Shown here: one piece after another, positions 25,938 to 35,822 of the stretch
How the letters are laid out: each line of letters starts with the position of its first letter
Numbering within the stretch: the stretch's first letter is position 1
DNA from: a virus
Lineage: Duplodnaviria > Caudoviricetes
Virus record (IMG/VR): IMGVR_UViG_3300042543_000618
Span: 12,904 to 76,903 of that record
DNA: 64,000 bases
Strand: one strand, 5' to 3'
Notes under the pieces: model-generated
Database searches by the model: none
The model's input: only the letters and a program-made list of their open reading frames with translations
What the model was told of the DNA's origin: nothing
Made by a program: the position numbers and the translations under genes

Positions 25938-27655
25938 TCTTCCGGCAAATACTCCTGAATCAGCGCGTTATACTCCTCCGCCCCGCCGATCGCTTCCATC
26001 TTGTTGCCCTTGCGGTTATACCAGTAGTAGAAATCAGGCTCGATGGGGCTGATAAAGTCTTTTAGCTCCTCATCGGTTGAGACTGGCCCGGAGGCGCGCT
26101 CTGGGTTTGCCTCGCCGTCGCCGCCTAGCTGATCCCGGTCTTCGGTTAGCCCGGCGCCCAGGTAACGATTGCGCCGATCGCGGATACATTCTAGCTGAGT
26201 CGTCCAGCTGCCACTGGCTAGCTCTATGCTATGGCTACGGCTAAGGATTAGGTACTGTCCTGGCACCGCCTCTGGGTTATGCCAGTTCTCTGTCACCTCC
26301 ACACAGGTATTAATGCGCCAGCCCGGCTCACCCCGCACCGATAGGGTGCAACGCTGCACCGGACGATCGTACCAGCGGATGACTTCGAGGGCGATCAGGT
26401 CCATAAAGGTACTGGCCCGTCCGTCTCGCTCTATGTCAATATCTTTGTTACCGCTATTGACAAGCCTGGCGGGGATGGCAATTTCCATCTTGCGTGGCCC
26501 GCCATACTGCTTGATACTCCCCATGTTGTAGCATTGGCCCGCATCCATAGCCGTGTCGCCAGCGGAGGCGCCCATCTGCCCCTGGAGGGTACAACGAACA
26601 TAGTTAGCAATGCGATCGCAGGACAGCCTATCCGCCCAGGCGATAATGCTAGACGATGGACACTGGACAAAGGGTAGGTCCTCCCAGTTGCGCAGCGGGC
26701 GATCGCTCCATTTCAGGTATTCCGAATCCAGCACCGTCTGACACTTGCCGGAGTAGGGTAGCTTTTCCCACACGATCGCGCCGGTGTGGTCCACAAACAT
26801 TTGAAAGATGCCATTGACGGTTAGGTACTGAAGCGCACTCCAGGCGCTTCCTTCGTTGGCAATCCTGGCAAATACGTCCGGCGGGATCGGGATTGGTCGG
26901 GTTCTAGCCTCCCAGCCGGTTTCGCCTTGCCCGTCGCTTGGGTCAAACCAGAATTGTTCTACCCAGTGGCGCAGGATGCCGTAGTAGATAGGCACGACGG
27001 TATTGACGTCAACGGTCTGGAACCGTACCTCCAGCGATCGCCCTAGGGAGGTGGGCGCGTTGGTGTCGGTGAGTACTTGGGCATTGCGGTAGATAGCACC
27101 GTAGGACTCACCCGATAGGGTCAGGGTAGTCTCCGCCCCACCGCCCCCCATCACCGCTGAGGACCGTCCGTAGGCGCTAGTAATGCCACGCATCAGTAAG
27201 TAGGGTGCCTTGTCTAGGTAATCCTCCCAGTCGGGCTCAGGGGGTGGCTTAGGTTGGCCATTGGCAGGCGCGTAGGCATCACTCAAGTTAGAGCCACTGC
27301 CATCGGCGGTTTGAAATACTACCGGGTTAGTAGCCGGGTCCTGGGGGACAAATGCTTCTACGTTGGTCAACGGGTCCTGGTTGCGAGAGGCATAGATTTC
27401 AACCACCATGCCCGGGTGGATGCGCTTTAGTAGCGTTTCATTGTCGAGCCGTGCCCTCATTTTCAAGTTCCAGCTACCGGCAGGGCTTTCGACGCTCAGG
27501 GTGTCGTTGTAGCTGAGCAAGTCCTTGAACTCGCCAAAGTCCACCACGGTCTCCCCGGTACGGGTCATAATCCGCAGGTCAAAACGCACCGTGGACTCAT
27601 GGCCAGAGGTGACACCCATGCCAGCGGGATTGTAAATGCCAATGGTTCTAACCAT
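25925..27655 (-). CDS. Baseplate hub protein
   Basis: 576 aa; ...YLILSRSHSI...WTTQLECIR hub-type C-terminus; precedes the spike. Confidence 0.7.
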   Translation of the reverse strand: MVRTIGIYNPAGMGVTSGHESTVRFDLRIMTRTGETVVDFGEFKDLLSYNDTLSVESPAGSWNLKMRARLDNETLLKRIHPGMVVEIYASRNQDPLTNVEAFVPQDPATNPVVFQTADGSGSNLSDAYAPANGQPKPPPEPDWEDYLDKAPYLLMRGITSAYGRSSAVMGGGGAETTLTLSGESYGAIYRNAQVLTDTNAPTSLGRSLEVRFQTVDVNTVVPIYYGILRHWVEQFWFDPSDGQGETGWEARTRPIPIPPDVFARIANEGSAWSALQYLTVNGIFQMFVDHTGAIVWEKLPYSGKCQTVLDSEYLKWSDRPLRNWEDLPFVQCPSSSIIAWADRLSCDRIANYVRCTLQGQMGASAGDTAMDAGQCYNMGSIKQYGGPRKMEIAIPARLVNSGNKDIDIERDGRASTFMDLIALEVIRWYDRPVQRCTLSVRGEPGWRINTCVEVTENWHNPEAVPGQYLILSRSHSIELASGSWTTQLECIRDRRNRYLGAGLTEDRDQLGGDGEANPERASGPVSTDEELKDFISPIEPDFYYWYNRKGNKMEAIGGAEEYNALIQEYLPEECKS

Positions 27656-27947
27656 GGCTCACCCGGCGATCGCGCACCACCTCAAACAAGGGTCGCAACT
27701 GGCCGCAGATAAGTTGCTCCGCCTCGCTGGTGGCTAGTCGGTTCTCCTGCCAACGGGTCACCCAGTAGGTAATATCCCAATTGGCCGGGTATAGGCTAAG
27801 GCTTTGGCCATTGGGATGACGCAACTCCAGCGGTAGCATGGTGCGGATGAGGTCGCGGTTGTCCATGTACCACTGACAGGCGCGATCGATGTGGGATTTA
27901 TCCATGGGAACCGGCTCTGCCCATAATGGAGTCGAAGGCGGCATCAT
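27648..27947 (-). CDS. Hypothetical protein
   Basis: 99 aa ORF overlapping its neighbours. Confidence 0.5.
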   Translation of the reverse strand: MMPPSTPLWAEPVPMDKSHIDRACQWYMDNRDLIRTMLPLELRHPNGQSLSLYPANWDITYWVTRWQENRLATSEAEQLICGQLRPLFEVVRDRRVSHG

Positions 27948-28959
27948 CTTGCGCCAAGACTTTGGCTATCTTCCTGGCGGTTGGGCTTGTTGCAAGCATG
28001 TGAATCCGTTGCTGCGCGATCGCGTCTTGCTTGGAGTCTGCATCAAAGAAGTTTTCGGGTAGCTTCTCATAAAAAGACTCCATCTGGCTTGTAGCTTTTT
28101 TGATGGCTGGCAGTGTATTGATGACGCTATCCAGCAAGCCAAGGGCAAGCTCTGCTTTGCGTTTAGACGCTTGATCAGTTGTGGAGTTCAGATCACTTAC
28201 AAAATCTTCCCTAAGGGCTTGGAGTGATGGCTTGTCTTCATAGGCATAGCCCCAGGCTTCCTCGAGCGGGTTGATGCCGTGTTGGCTAAGTTCAGAAAAG
28301 TTTTGGGCGGCACCGGCTACGGCGTCGTAGACAGCTTTTGTATAGGCGTCCTTTGGAGGTGGGCTTTTACCTCTAAATACTTCAGCAAGATCGTCAGGTG
28401 TGCAAATGTCTTCTATGCTTTGAACGCCAAAACTATCATAGGCTTTAACAGCAGACTCCCATTCCTTTGCTTGTTGCCTGCAGGAACTAACGGGCCACTC
28501 AGTAAGCAGTTCAATTAACATATCTGGGTCGCCAGACTGCTTGAGAAAGTTTACAAATTGCCCAGCCTCTGGGGATGCACTGTTAAGTGCCGCTTTGGGG
28601 TCAATTCCCGCTAAGGGGTCTTGCTGCTCGCCTTGAACACCCTGGGAGACTTGTTGGTGTAGGGCATGGAGTCCTTCCATCGTCGGCGCTTGTTGCTGCG
28701 CCTGTGGTTGGGCTTGGGCGGCGGGCGTAGCGGGTGCTGCAGGCGTCGCCCCCTGACTTCCAGCAAGGTGCCACCGTCCGCCTTGCAATACCTCCTGGTG
28801 TCCCGCTTGGTTGGTGCGGGTTTCACCTTCTTGGTGTTGAGCGTCAAATAGTCCTAGCTGCCCTGGGGCAGGCGATCGCTTGCCCGCTTTCCTCAAGACG
28901 ATGCCGCCAGCGGTCACCACCGGGACATAGTGCACCCCAGCGAGGGTATAAATTTTCAT
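27898..28959 (-). CDS. Leader-bearing putative head cargo protein 2
   Basis: MKIYTLAGVHYVPVVTAGGIVLRKAG...PGQLGLFD, then an unrelated helical payload. Confidence 0.75.
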   Translation of the reverse strand: MKIYTLAGVHYVPVVTAGGIVLRKAGKRSPAPGQLGLFDAQHQEGETRTNQAGHQEVLQGGRWHLAGSQGATPAAPATPAAQAQPQAQQQAPTMEGLHALHQQVSQGVQGEQQDPLAGIDPKAALNSASPEAGQFVNFLKQSGDPDMLIELLTEWPVSSCRQQAKEWESAVKAYDSFGVQSIEDICTPDDLAEVFRGKSPPPKDAYTKAVYDAVAGAAQNFSELSQHGINPLEEAWGYAYEDKPSLQALREDFVSDLNSTTDQASKRKAELALGLLDSVINTLPAIKKATSQMESFYEKLPENFFDADSKQDAIAQQRIHMLATSPTARKIAKVLAQDDAAFDSIMGRAGSHG

Positions 28960-28961
28960 GG

Positions 28962-29705
28962 CTACCTAACCCCTGGGTAGGTCCACCGGGCACGGCTGCC
29001 ACGGCAGTCGACATGAATAAACCCATTACCCCGGGCAAGCCCACCTTGGCCACCCCACCAATGATCCAACTCGTTATAAATGTCCGCCAGGGACAGCCCA
29101 GGGATATTAAAGTCCACCGCATGGCCCTTCATGTGGGTAGAAAAACGAGCGCCCCCCACGCGGGCATTAGTAGCCGGGTTCCGATACCAGGAATTGATCT
29201 TGATGGGCCGCTTAAACCGCTCCCGAATGTCCTGCATCACCTCCGCCACCCGAATGATGCCGTACACCACGGAGGCATTCTCAGGGTGCCGGTAGCTACC
29301 ATCGGCGGCAACATGGAGCGCTTCACCCCAGGTGAAGTTAGGCGCTTTTGACGAGATCGGCTGAGTACTGGAGCAGTCGTTCTCAAACCCTGGCAGGATA
29401 ATTCGATGACCGTCCCGGCGGGTTGCGGGTTCATCCTTGGGGTCATTGCCTGAACCAAACCCTGATGGGTCACTGGCATGGTCCGCATATACCCACCAAG
29501 TATTCCTGCCTGATGGGTGCAGGTTCACCAAGTCAAACCGCTTCGGGTCAATGGTGAAATGCACATGACCGTGCAATAGCTGATAGGCCAGCAAGGGGAA
29601 CGATCGCCCTTTGCCGATATTCACTACCGCTGCCTTATCGTAGGCGATCGCTTGCTCCGGCCCTGGCTTTAGGACCGTGTTCTCAGTAATTTCAAGGACT
29701 AGCAT
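28962..29705 (-). CDS. Endolysin-like peptidase M15A
   Basis: INSWYR...NARVGGARFSTHMKGHAVD...FIHVD. Confidence 0.85.
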   Translation of the reverse strand: MLVLEITENTVLKPGPEQAIAYDKAAVVNIGKGRSFPLLAYQLLHGHVHFTIDPKRFDLVNLHPSGRNTWWVYADHASDPSGFGSGNDPKDEPATRRDGHRIILPGFENDCSSTQPISSKAPNFTWGEALHVAADGSYRHPENASVVYGIIRVAEVMQDIRERFKRPIKINSWYRNPATNARVGGARFSTHMKGHAVDFNIPGLSLADIYNELDHWWGGQGGLARGNGFIHVDCRGSRARWTYPGVR

Positions 29706-30497
29706 TTATGCTCCTAGGTCAATGCCGATAGACTTCATGCCAAGCAGGGACGCTACCCGTCCGGTGGTGCCGGTGCCAAAGTAAGGGTCTAGCACCGTCG
29801 CTCCGGCCACTGTGGCGCTAGACAATAGCTCATGGACTAATGAATCAGGGAATGGGCAGGGGTGGCTAGAATGGCCACAGGGACGATGTACCAGCACCGA
29901 CGATCGCAGTGGTTTGGTATTCAACATCGGTCGCCCATTCTTGCCGCTTTTGCCCAGCATCAGGACATACTCATGGGTTTCCGGTGGCGCGTCACCCTTG
30001 CCCACTTGGCTGCTTTGCCCCTTATCCCAAATCAAGATCTTCCGCATTACCCAGCCATCAGCCCGTAGTCGCTCCGCCAGGCGGATAGGCACCAGTAAGG
30101 GTTCTTTCTCGCGGTAGTCGTCCTCCAGGCTACGGCGGTAGAGCCAGTCTCCTGCTTGTCGCCGTTGCCCCTTGGCGCGTATCGGGCTGTAGTTGTTGCT
30201 GGTATCGCCTATCACAATCCAGCACACCCCGCCTTCTGCTAACCCCTGGTACACCAACCTAAAAACCTGCTGCAACGTATCCAGGTAGGCGTCAAGGCTA
30301 TCCTCTAGCCCGTGTTGCCCTTCGTGGCCATAGTCTATCTGGCTGTAATAGGGAGGGGAGGTAAGGCAATAGTCCCAGCGATCGCCTGCCGCTAGCCGTC
30401 GCTTCAGGACCGCGATCGCGTCGCCACGGTAGAACCGGATGCGATCGTCCGCCATTGGCTTGAGGTCAATGGTATTGAACAGGGCTAGCTGGTGCAT
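29706..30497 (-). CDS. Beta-class amino DNA methyltransferase (N4C/N6A)
   Basis: TSPPY motif before HPCPFP and VLDPYFGTGTT. Confidence 0.9.
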   Translation of the reverse strand: MHQLALFNTIDLKPMADDRIRFYRGDAIAVLKRRLAAGDRWDYCLTSPPYYSQIDYGHEGQHGLEDSLDAYLDTLQQVFRLVYQGLAEGGVCWIVIGDTSNNYSPIRAKGQRRQAGDWLYRRSLEDDYREKEPLLVPIRLAERLRADGWVMRKILIWDKGQSSQVGKGDAPPETHEYVLMLGKSGKNGRPMLNTKPLRSSVLVHRPCGHSSHPCPFPDSLVHELLSSATVAGATVLDPYFGTGTTGRVASLLGMKSIGIDLGA

Positions 30498-30596
30498 TTT
30501 TCTGGAAAGCTGTAGGGCTATTGATTAGACGATGCCCACCCTAGTTCTAGGATACTATCGGTTCGCGCAGATTGGCGATAGGGTTGTAAATTTGCT

Positions 30597-33500
30597 TTAC
30601 CCATACACCGGCGATAGGTTGCCACTATTGCGCGGGTTGCGATCGCGGCTACCTTGGCGGGTTTGCTCAAATTCGTCCAGGTAGGGCCGGGCGGCGTGGA
30701 TGGCGTTGGTTACCTCCTGTCGGGTGCGGGCGGGGTCAGTGGCGCTAGCGATATTGACGGTGATGTTAGTGGTGCGGTTGTTGGTTTGGTTGCCGCGTCC
30801 CATGGATGCTACTAGCTCCCTGGATGGATCGCCAGCGCTGGCCCGTAGGTTAACAGGGCGCCTGAATAGGTCAGCTTCCATCTGCCGCCGGCGGGTAAGC
30901 CCCGGGAGAACTTCGCCGTCAGCTTTATTCCATCGTCTGAATTCATTGGCTGCTCCAGCGTAGTCGCCCCGGTTCAGGCGGCGTAGCAGGGTAGAACCGG
31001 CAAACCCGTCCTCCCCGCCGCCAACATTGTAAATAAACGACTGTAGGGCGGTGCGCTGGTTTTCGTTTAGTGGCACCGTTACAAGTTCGTCAATTGTTCG
31101 GTTGACGCCTGCTAGATGTCGCTGTAGTTCCGCTTCAGCTTGCTCGCGGGTGATTGAGCCATGGGCGCCGGGGGCGCGGGTGCCATAGCCCCAACTATAT
31201 TGCTGATGATCCCAATAGGGTGTTGGGTGGAAGCCCTCGAACTGCTTGATAAAGTCTGCGGCGCTGGCAGTACCACCGCCACCCGCTGCCGCTGGCTGAC
31301 TGGGGAACGTCCTGCCTTGGGGGCGATCGCGGCGGTTATCCCCATGTCCGGTTTTAATAATTAAGTTGCCGTTCTCGTCGTAGATATTGGCATAGTTCCC
31401 ATAATTCCCTGTAGTGCCATAATTTACCCGCCCGTCTGGCACAGTAGGCAGGTAAATTTCAGCACCGGCGGAGCTGCTTCCGGGCGCAGTGCTGCGGGCA
31501 TCATTACCCATAGGGATGAAGTAGTCAAAGCTGTACCAGCCTTCATGTTGACTATGGCTATGAGCGGCGGCGGCGCGTTGCAATAACCGAATGCGTTCAG
31601 CTTGTGGAGCGCTTGGATCGTAAACCTGCCCAGAAACAGCATCATTGCTAAATTCTATCCGTCGCCCTTGCTCAGTGTAGGCTTGCGCCATTTGCATGAA
31701 ATAACCGTCAATTTCCTCCCAGGACAGGGTTGTTCTGAATTTGCTGTCAATATGGTTAGATGTGCTGCCGCCGATAAATTGACTAGGGCCAGTGAACAAC
31801 CCGGAAGCAAAAGCGCCACTGGCCCCACCGCCACCACCACCTGCTCCACCCATCACTGAGTTAAGCGTTGACACCAATGCTTCCCGTACGGAGTCCACCG
31901 CTGAAATTAGTTGGGGAAAGAAGGCTTGCATCATCTGGATGATGCTGGGTAGTTGCCGCTGGGTGTTGATTTCAGAGTTGACGTGAATCAATAGGTCGGT
32001 CTTTAGGATGTCGTTGGTTACGTCCTGCAATAGTTTGCGCTGTTCGCTGGCGGTCTGGTACGCCTGGATGTCCATCAGGTTGGACTCTCGAAGCACCTGA
32101 AAAATATCAGTCAGGGTAGCGCCGCCACTGGTGCCACCCATGCGGGCGGAGACAATATCCCCGGGGGCGAACTCAAAAACGTTATAGCCAGGTCCAGCGG
32201 TAACGCTGCCGGGGGTGTCGTTGAAAGCACCATCAATCAGTCCGCCAATGTAGTTTGTAGCACTTCTCAAAGCCCTAGGGATTATCCGCCTAGCGGGTTC
32301 GCCAAAGGGTCCATGGCGCCGAATGTACTCAGCGCCTTGCTGCGCATTTTCAACACTTATGGCTTCAGGGTTCTCCTCCACGGTCCGAACGATATTGGCC
32401 GCCGTTGCTATAGAGCCAATAGGTCCGGGCAATCCGGCGGCAAAAGAAAGTGCTGCGGATCGTCCTACTGGGCTAGAGATGGCGCTGCCAACCTGTTCTC
32501 CGATTTCCCTTGAATTGGTGTCACCCCCAAAGATCAGCTTACCGATCGCGCTATTCCTGAAGTCATTCATCGTATCCCTGAGCTTATGGAAGGCGGATAT
32601 GCCTTCTTTAACTAGGTTGGCGATCTGTGGTCCCGCCTCACGAATGAATTTAAGTATTCCGTCTATGGCTGCCGTAAGTCCTTCGCCGATCTCTTCAAGA
32701 GGTAACCCATTGAGCTGCTTCAATAGCTCCACCTGGGTCTCCTTCATCTTTAGCGACGCCTCATTGAGGTTAGACATCGCTTTGATGGTCAGGTTATGCG
32801 CCTCCGCCTCTAATTTCCGCGCTTGGTCGCCTGGGCTTTCCTGTAGCTGGGCTAGCAATTGCTCCACCCGTCCGCCATCACCGCCCGGGCCGGTTGGCAG
32901 CCGTCCGCCATTGGCGGCGCTGATATTGGCCAGTTCTTCAAAGGTGCGGAGGTCCTGGGCGGTGGCTTGTCGCCCCAGGATGCCTTGCAGGGTGGCTGAG
33001 GTTTGCCGCTGTAGCCCTGAATTGCCAGCAATTAGGTTCTGGACAAAGTTGGGATCACTAGCCGCCGCCGCCCTGAATTCATCGGCACCCATCCCGGAGA
33101 TGCCCTGCACCCGATTGGTGGTCATCCGCAGCACCCGCTGCGCATTGGACATCATCTGCTCGGGTGAGTTAAACCGTGAATCTAGGGCCGCCTCATCAAC
33201 GCCTGCTAGCCTCAGGTAGGCCGCACTGGTGCCATAGGGGTCAGCGGTGCCACCGTAGGACAAGAAGCTCTGTAAGCCCGCCCCAGCCATCTGCACGTTA
33301 TCCCTAAACAGGGCGGAGGTGCGGGAATTGCCGCCGGTTAGCCCTGCCATTACGTCCTGGAGCAAGCCAAAGGCGCGATCGCTCATCCCCTGGCCGGTCT
33401 GCTGTACCGCCTGCATGCGGGCGCTGCCCATCATGTCAGCGTACTGCTGAATGTTGGATTCAAACCCGGCGCGGATAGCGCCACCTACCACGTCGGATAG

Positions 33501-34514
33501 GTAGCTACGAACGCCCTCAGCGCCCTTCTCGCCGCCGGTGCGGGAGTAGATGCCAGCCATATTGGCGGTGGCCTCTACGTTGAGCCCTAGCGCCCGGGTA
33601 AGCTCCTGGATGGTATTAACCAGGGGTCCAGCCATGGCCGGATTGCTTAGGGCTCGGTTTTCCCGTAGCTGGTCAATGAGCCCGGCAGTTTCTTCTACCC
33701 TAAACCCGTTCTGGGTGCCTAGTTCAAAATTACGCAGCCTGCCAACGCCACCTACACCAAAGCGCTGGTTAATGTCCGCGATCTGGGTTTCGTAGGCAAG
33801 GGATTGATCAGCGCCTCGGACAAGGCGATCCACCATGCCACCGATGCCACTACCGATGGAGGCACCTACCCCTAGCCCGGTCATCATCCCGGCAGGGCCG
33901 CCCAACATGCCAAGCAGTCCGCCGATGCCTGCCCCCACGGCGCCACCGGCAGCGGCGCCGATATTGCCCTGCATGGCATTGCCAGCTACCGATGAGCCTA
34001 CGTTGACGGCGGTTTGCATGATGGCTAGATTTTTCATCCAGCCAAGCAAGTCGTTAGTGCCGTCTTTCTTTTTGCCGTCCTCCTGCAATGAATTGCGTAG
34101 TTCCCGCAGGGAGTTGATCAGATCCTGATAGTCCTTGGCGCTATCCGGGTCCTTCAACGACGCATGGAGGATTGAGGTTTGCAGGCGAGAGGCGGCCATA
34201 TTGGCCACGTCCGGCGCATTGGGCGCGATCGCTTGCACCGCTTGCACTCGTTGCTGGAAGTCGCCTAGGGTGCCCCTGTCGGTGGTTGGCTGCGGGGGCG
34301 GTGGCAATGCCCCACCGGTGTCGGTGACAGGGCGCGGCAATGGCTCAAAGGAACCCCCACCACCTGCCGCTGAGGCTGCCGCCGCTGAGGGCGCACCGGT
34401 GCTGAAATGGCGTTCTAGGTCCTGTTGCTTATTGATGGCGCGTTCTGCCCCTTCAATGAAGCCACTCGGGTCTAGGTTTAGGACGTACTCTAACTTATGT
34501 TCTTGGTCAGCCAT
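30597..34514 (-). CDS. Tape measure protein with M23-like and C-terminal GH24 lysozyme domains
   Basis: Long A/G-rich helical protein; FIKQFEG...WGYGT...FIYNVG...STLLRRLN...GLTRRRQMEADLF. Confidence 0.88.
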   Translation of the reverse strand: MADQEHKLEYVLNLDPSGFIEGAERAINKQQDLERHFSTGAPSAAAASAAGGGGSFEPLPRPVTDTGGALPPPPQPTTDRGTLGDFQQRVQAVQAIAPNAPDVANMAASRLQTSILHASLKDPDSAKDYQDLINSLRELRNSLQEDGKKKDGTNDLLGWMKNLAIMQTAVNVGSSVAGNAMQGNIGAAAGGAVGAGIGGLLGMLGGPAGMMTGLGVGASIGSGIGGMVDRLVRGADQSLAYETQIADINQRFGVGGVGRLRNFELGTQNGFRVEETAGLIDQLRENRALSNPAMAGPLVNTIQELTRALGLNVEATANMAGIYSRTGGEKGAEGVRSYLSDVVGGAIRAGFESNIQQYADMMGSARMQAVQQTGQGMSDRAFGLLQDVMAGLTGGNSRTSALFRDNVQMAGAGLQSFLSYGGTADPYGTSAAYLRLAGVDEAALDSRFNSPEQMMSNAQRVLRMTTNRVQGISGMGADEFRAAAASDPNFVQNLIAGNSGLQRQTSATLQGILGRQATAQDLRTFEELANISAANGGRLPTGPGGDGGRVEQLLAQLQESPGDQARKLEAEAHNLTIKAMSNLNEASLKMKETQVELLKQLNGLPLEEIGEGLTAAIDGILKFIREAGPQIANLVKEGISAFHKLRDTMNDFRNSAIGKLIFGGDTNSREIGEQVGSAISSPVGRSAALSFAAGLPGPIGSIATAANIVRTVEENPEAISVENAQQGAEYIRRHGPFGEPARRIIPRALRSATNYIGGLIDGAFNDTPGSVTAGPGYNVFEFAPGDIVSARMGGTSGGATLTDIFQVLRESNLMDIQAYQTASEQRKLLQDVTNDILKTDLLIHVNSEINTQRQLPSIIQMMQAFFPQLISAVDSVREALVSTLNSVMGGAGGGGGGASGAFASGLFTGPSQFIGGSTSNHIDSKFRTTLSWEEIDGYFMQMAQAYTEQGRRIEFSNDAVSGQVYDPSAPQAERIRLLQRAAAAHSHSQHEGWYSFDYFIPMGNDARSTAPGSSSAGAEIYLPTVPDGRVNYGTTGNYGNYANIYDENGNLIIKTGHGDNRRDRPQGRTFPSQPAAAGGGGTASAADFIKQFEGFHPTPYWDHQQYSWGYGTRAPGAHGSITREQAEAELQRHLAGVNRTIDELVTVPLNENQRTALQSFIYNVGGGEDGFAGSTLLRRLNRGDYAGAANEFRRWNKADGEVLPGLTRRRQMEADLFRRPVNLRASAGDPSRELVASMGRGNQTNNRTTNITVNIASATDPARTRQEVTNAIHAARPYLDEFEQTRQGSRDRNPRNSGNLSPVYG

Positions 34515-34526
34515 GGCCGTAAATAA

Positions 34527-34566
34527 GAAAAGCCCCCGTCGTTACGAGGGAGGTAACAACGGGGGC
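34527..34566 (-). terminator. Terminator-like hairpin just upstream of the tape measure gene
   Basis: GCCCCCGT-CGTTAC...GTAAC-AACGGGGGC with an A-tract on +. Confidence 0.55.
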
Positions 34567-34588
34567 ATCTTGCGGGTGCAACTTAAAG

Positions 34589-35199
34589 CTATTTCCCACG
34601 CATCTGGTCGAGCATCTCAGGCGTTACCCCAAGTTCCCTTAGCTCTTGCTGGTAGCTATCGTCGTGGAATTCGTTATTGTCTGGATTGCCGTCGGCATTG
34701 CGTTCTTGCTCAAGCTCAATCACTTGCCGATACTCTAGGATCACCTGAGCCTCTGTCATTGCTAACCATCGAGGGTCAGTTGGGAGGAGTCGGTAGCGAT
34801 CGCGGAGGATGAAACAGATTTTGTCCCATCGTCCGTTGTCGCTACCGTCCCAGATTTTTTTGCTTGGGCATCCTCAACCTGCTGGTCCAGCCAGGCGGAA
34901 TACTCTTCAGCAAATTTGCCAAAAAATTGAAAGTCCTCTGAATTGGTAGAGGTTAGCAACTGGTCCACAAACCCGACTGGTTCTACAATTACCGCCTGGG
35001 CGATCGCTACCACCAGGGCGTTATACCGTAGCTGGTCGCCTGCGTCTACCCCCTCAATGCCTGCCTCCGCCAGGGCACGGTTAATGAACCGGTCCTGGTA
35101 AGCAGGAATTAAAAACATGGAGTCGTTAAAGGTGCGGGGTCGAACGACTAAAGTACCTAGCCGCTCAAACCCCGTCACGGTCATTGTTACGGTCGTCAT
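34589..35199 (-). CDS. Tail assembly chaperone: short form 34762-35199, -1 frameshifted long form to 34589
   Basis: Slippery A AAA AAA at 34855-34861; -1 frame reads IWDGSDNGRWDKICFILRDRYRLLPTDPRW...MRGK*. Confidence 0.8.
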
Positions 35200-35219
35200 T
35201 TTGCACTCGCATTAAAGAA

Positions 35220-35786
35220 CTAGGGAAGCGCGATCAACCCGCCGCCATCGCTTAGGGTTTGGTCAATCGCTGAGAAGGACACGTTTTCCATGATCAAGGT
35301 GTCCTGGGCGGTGAAATTACACTCCCAGGAGTTGATCACACAACCAAAGATCGTGCCAATGATGCCGCCACCACCGGACAGGTCCTGGGGGCCTTGGGTG
35401 GGGGCATAGAGCTGAGGGACGCCTACCCCGGCACTGCCCCGACGGGCAATCACAATGTCAAACTCGGGCATGTTGGTGATGGTCGCCGCTCGGCTGGTGC
35501 GATCGATGATGCCACCAGACACCGATGCCAAGCGTTTCATCAAGTCGCCATACTTGAGCAGCATGGAGCTGATTCGCCCTTGGTATTGTTTGATGCCAGG
35601 GACAAATTCGACAGCGCGATCGCTGCCAATTTCGATAGCGGGTCTTGCCTGGGTTTGGGCGGAGATCGAAATCGACTGGATTCGCCCTAGGCGTAACCCG
35701 TTGATGACTAGAGCAATGTCAAGGCTGTATTCAGCCCTAGCAAGGACAGAATTTTCAACCCTGCTGTATTGGGTACGGAAGGCCAA
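35220..35786 (-). CDS. Tail tube protein
   Basis: Follows the sheath; GRIQSIS...EIGSDRAVEFVPG...IMENVSF. Confidence 0.8.
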   Translation of the reverse strand: MAFRTQYSRVENSVLARAEYSLDIALVINGLRLGRIQSISISAQTQARPAIEIGSDRAVEFVPGIKQYQGRISSMLLKYGDLMKRLASVSGGIIDRTSRAATITNMPEFDIVIARRGSAGVGVPQLYAPTQGPQDLSGGGGIIGTIFGCVINSWECNFTAQDTLIMENVSFSAIDQTLSDGGGLIALP

Positions 35787-35822
35787 AATAACACCTCCTG
35801 GGGTGAATAAGGTTGGTTAGGC

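Noticed and set aside
32323-34812. Long plus-strand ORFs (298 and 225 aa) opposite the tape measure gene
   Set aside because: Antisense shadows of a GC-rich coding region with no protein-like motifs
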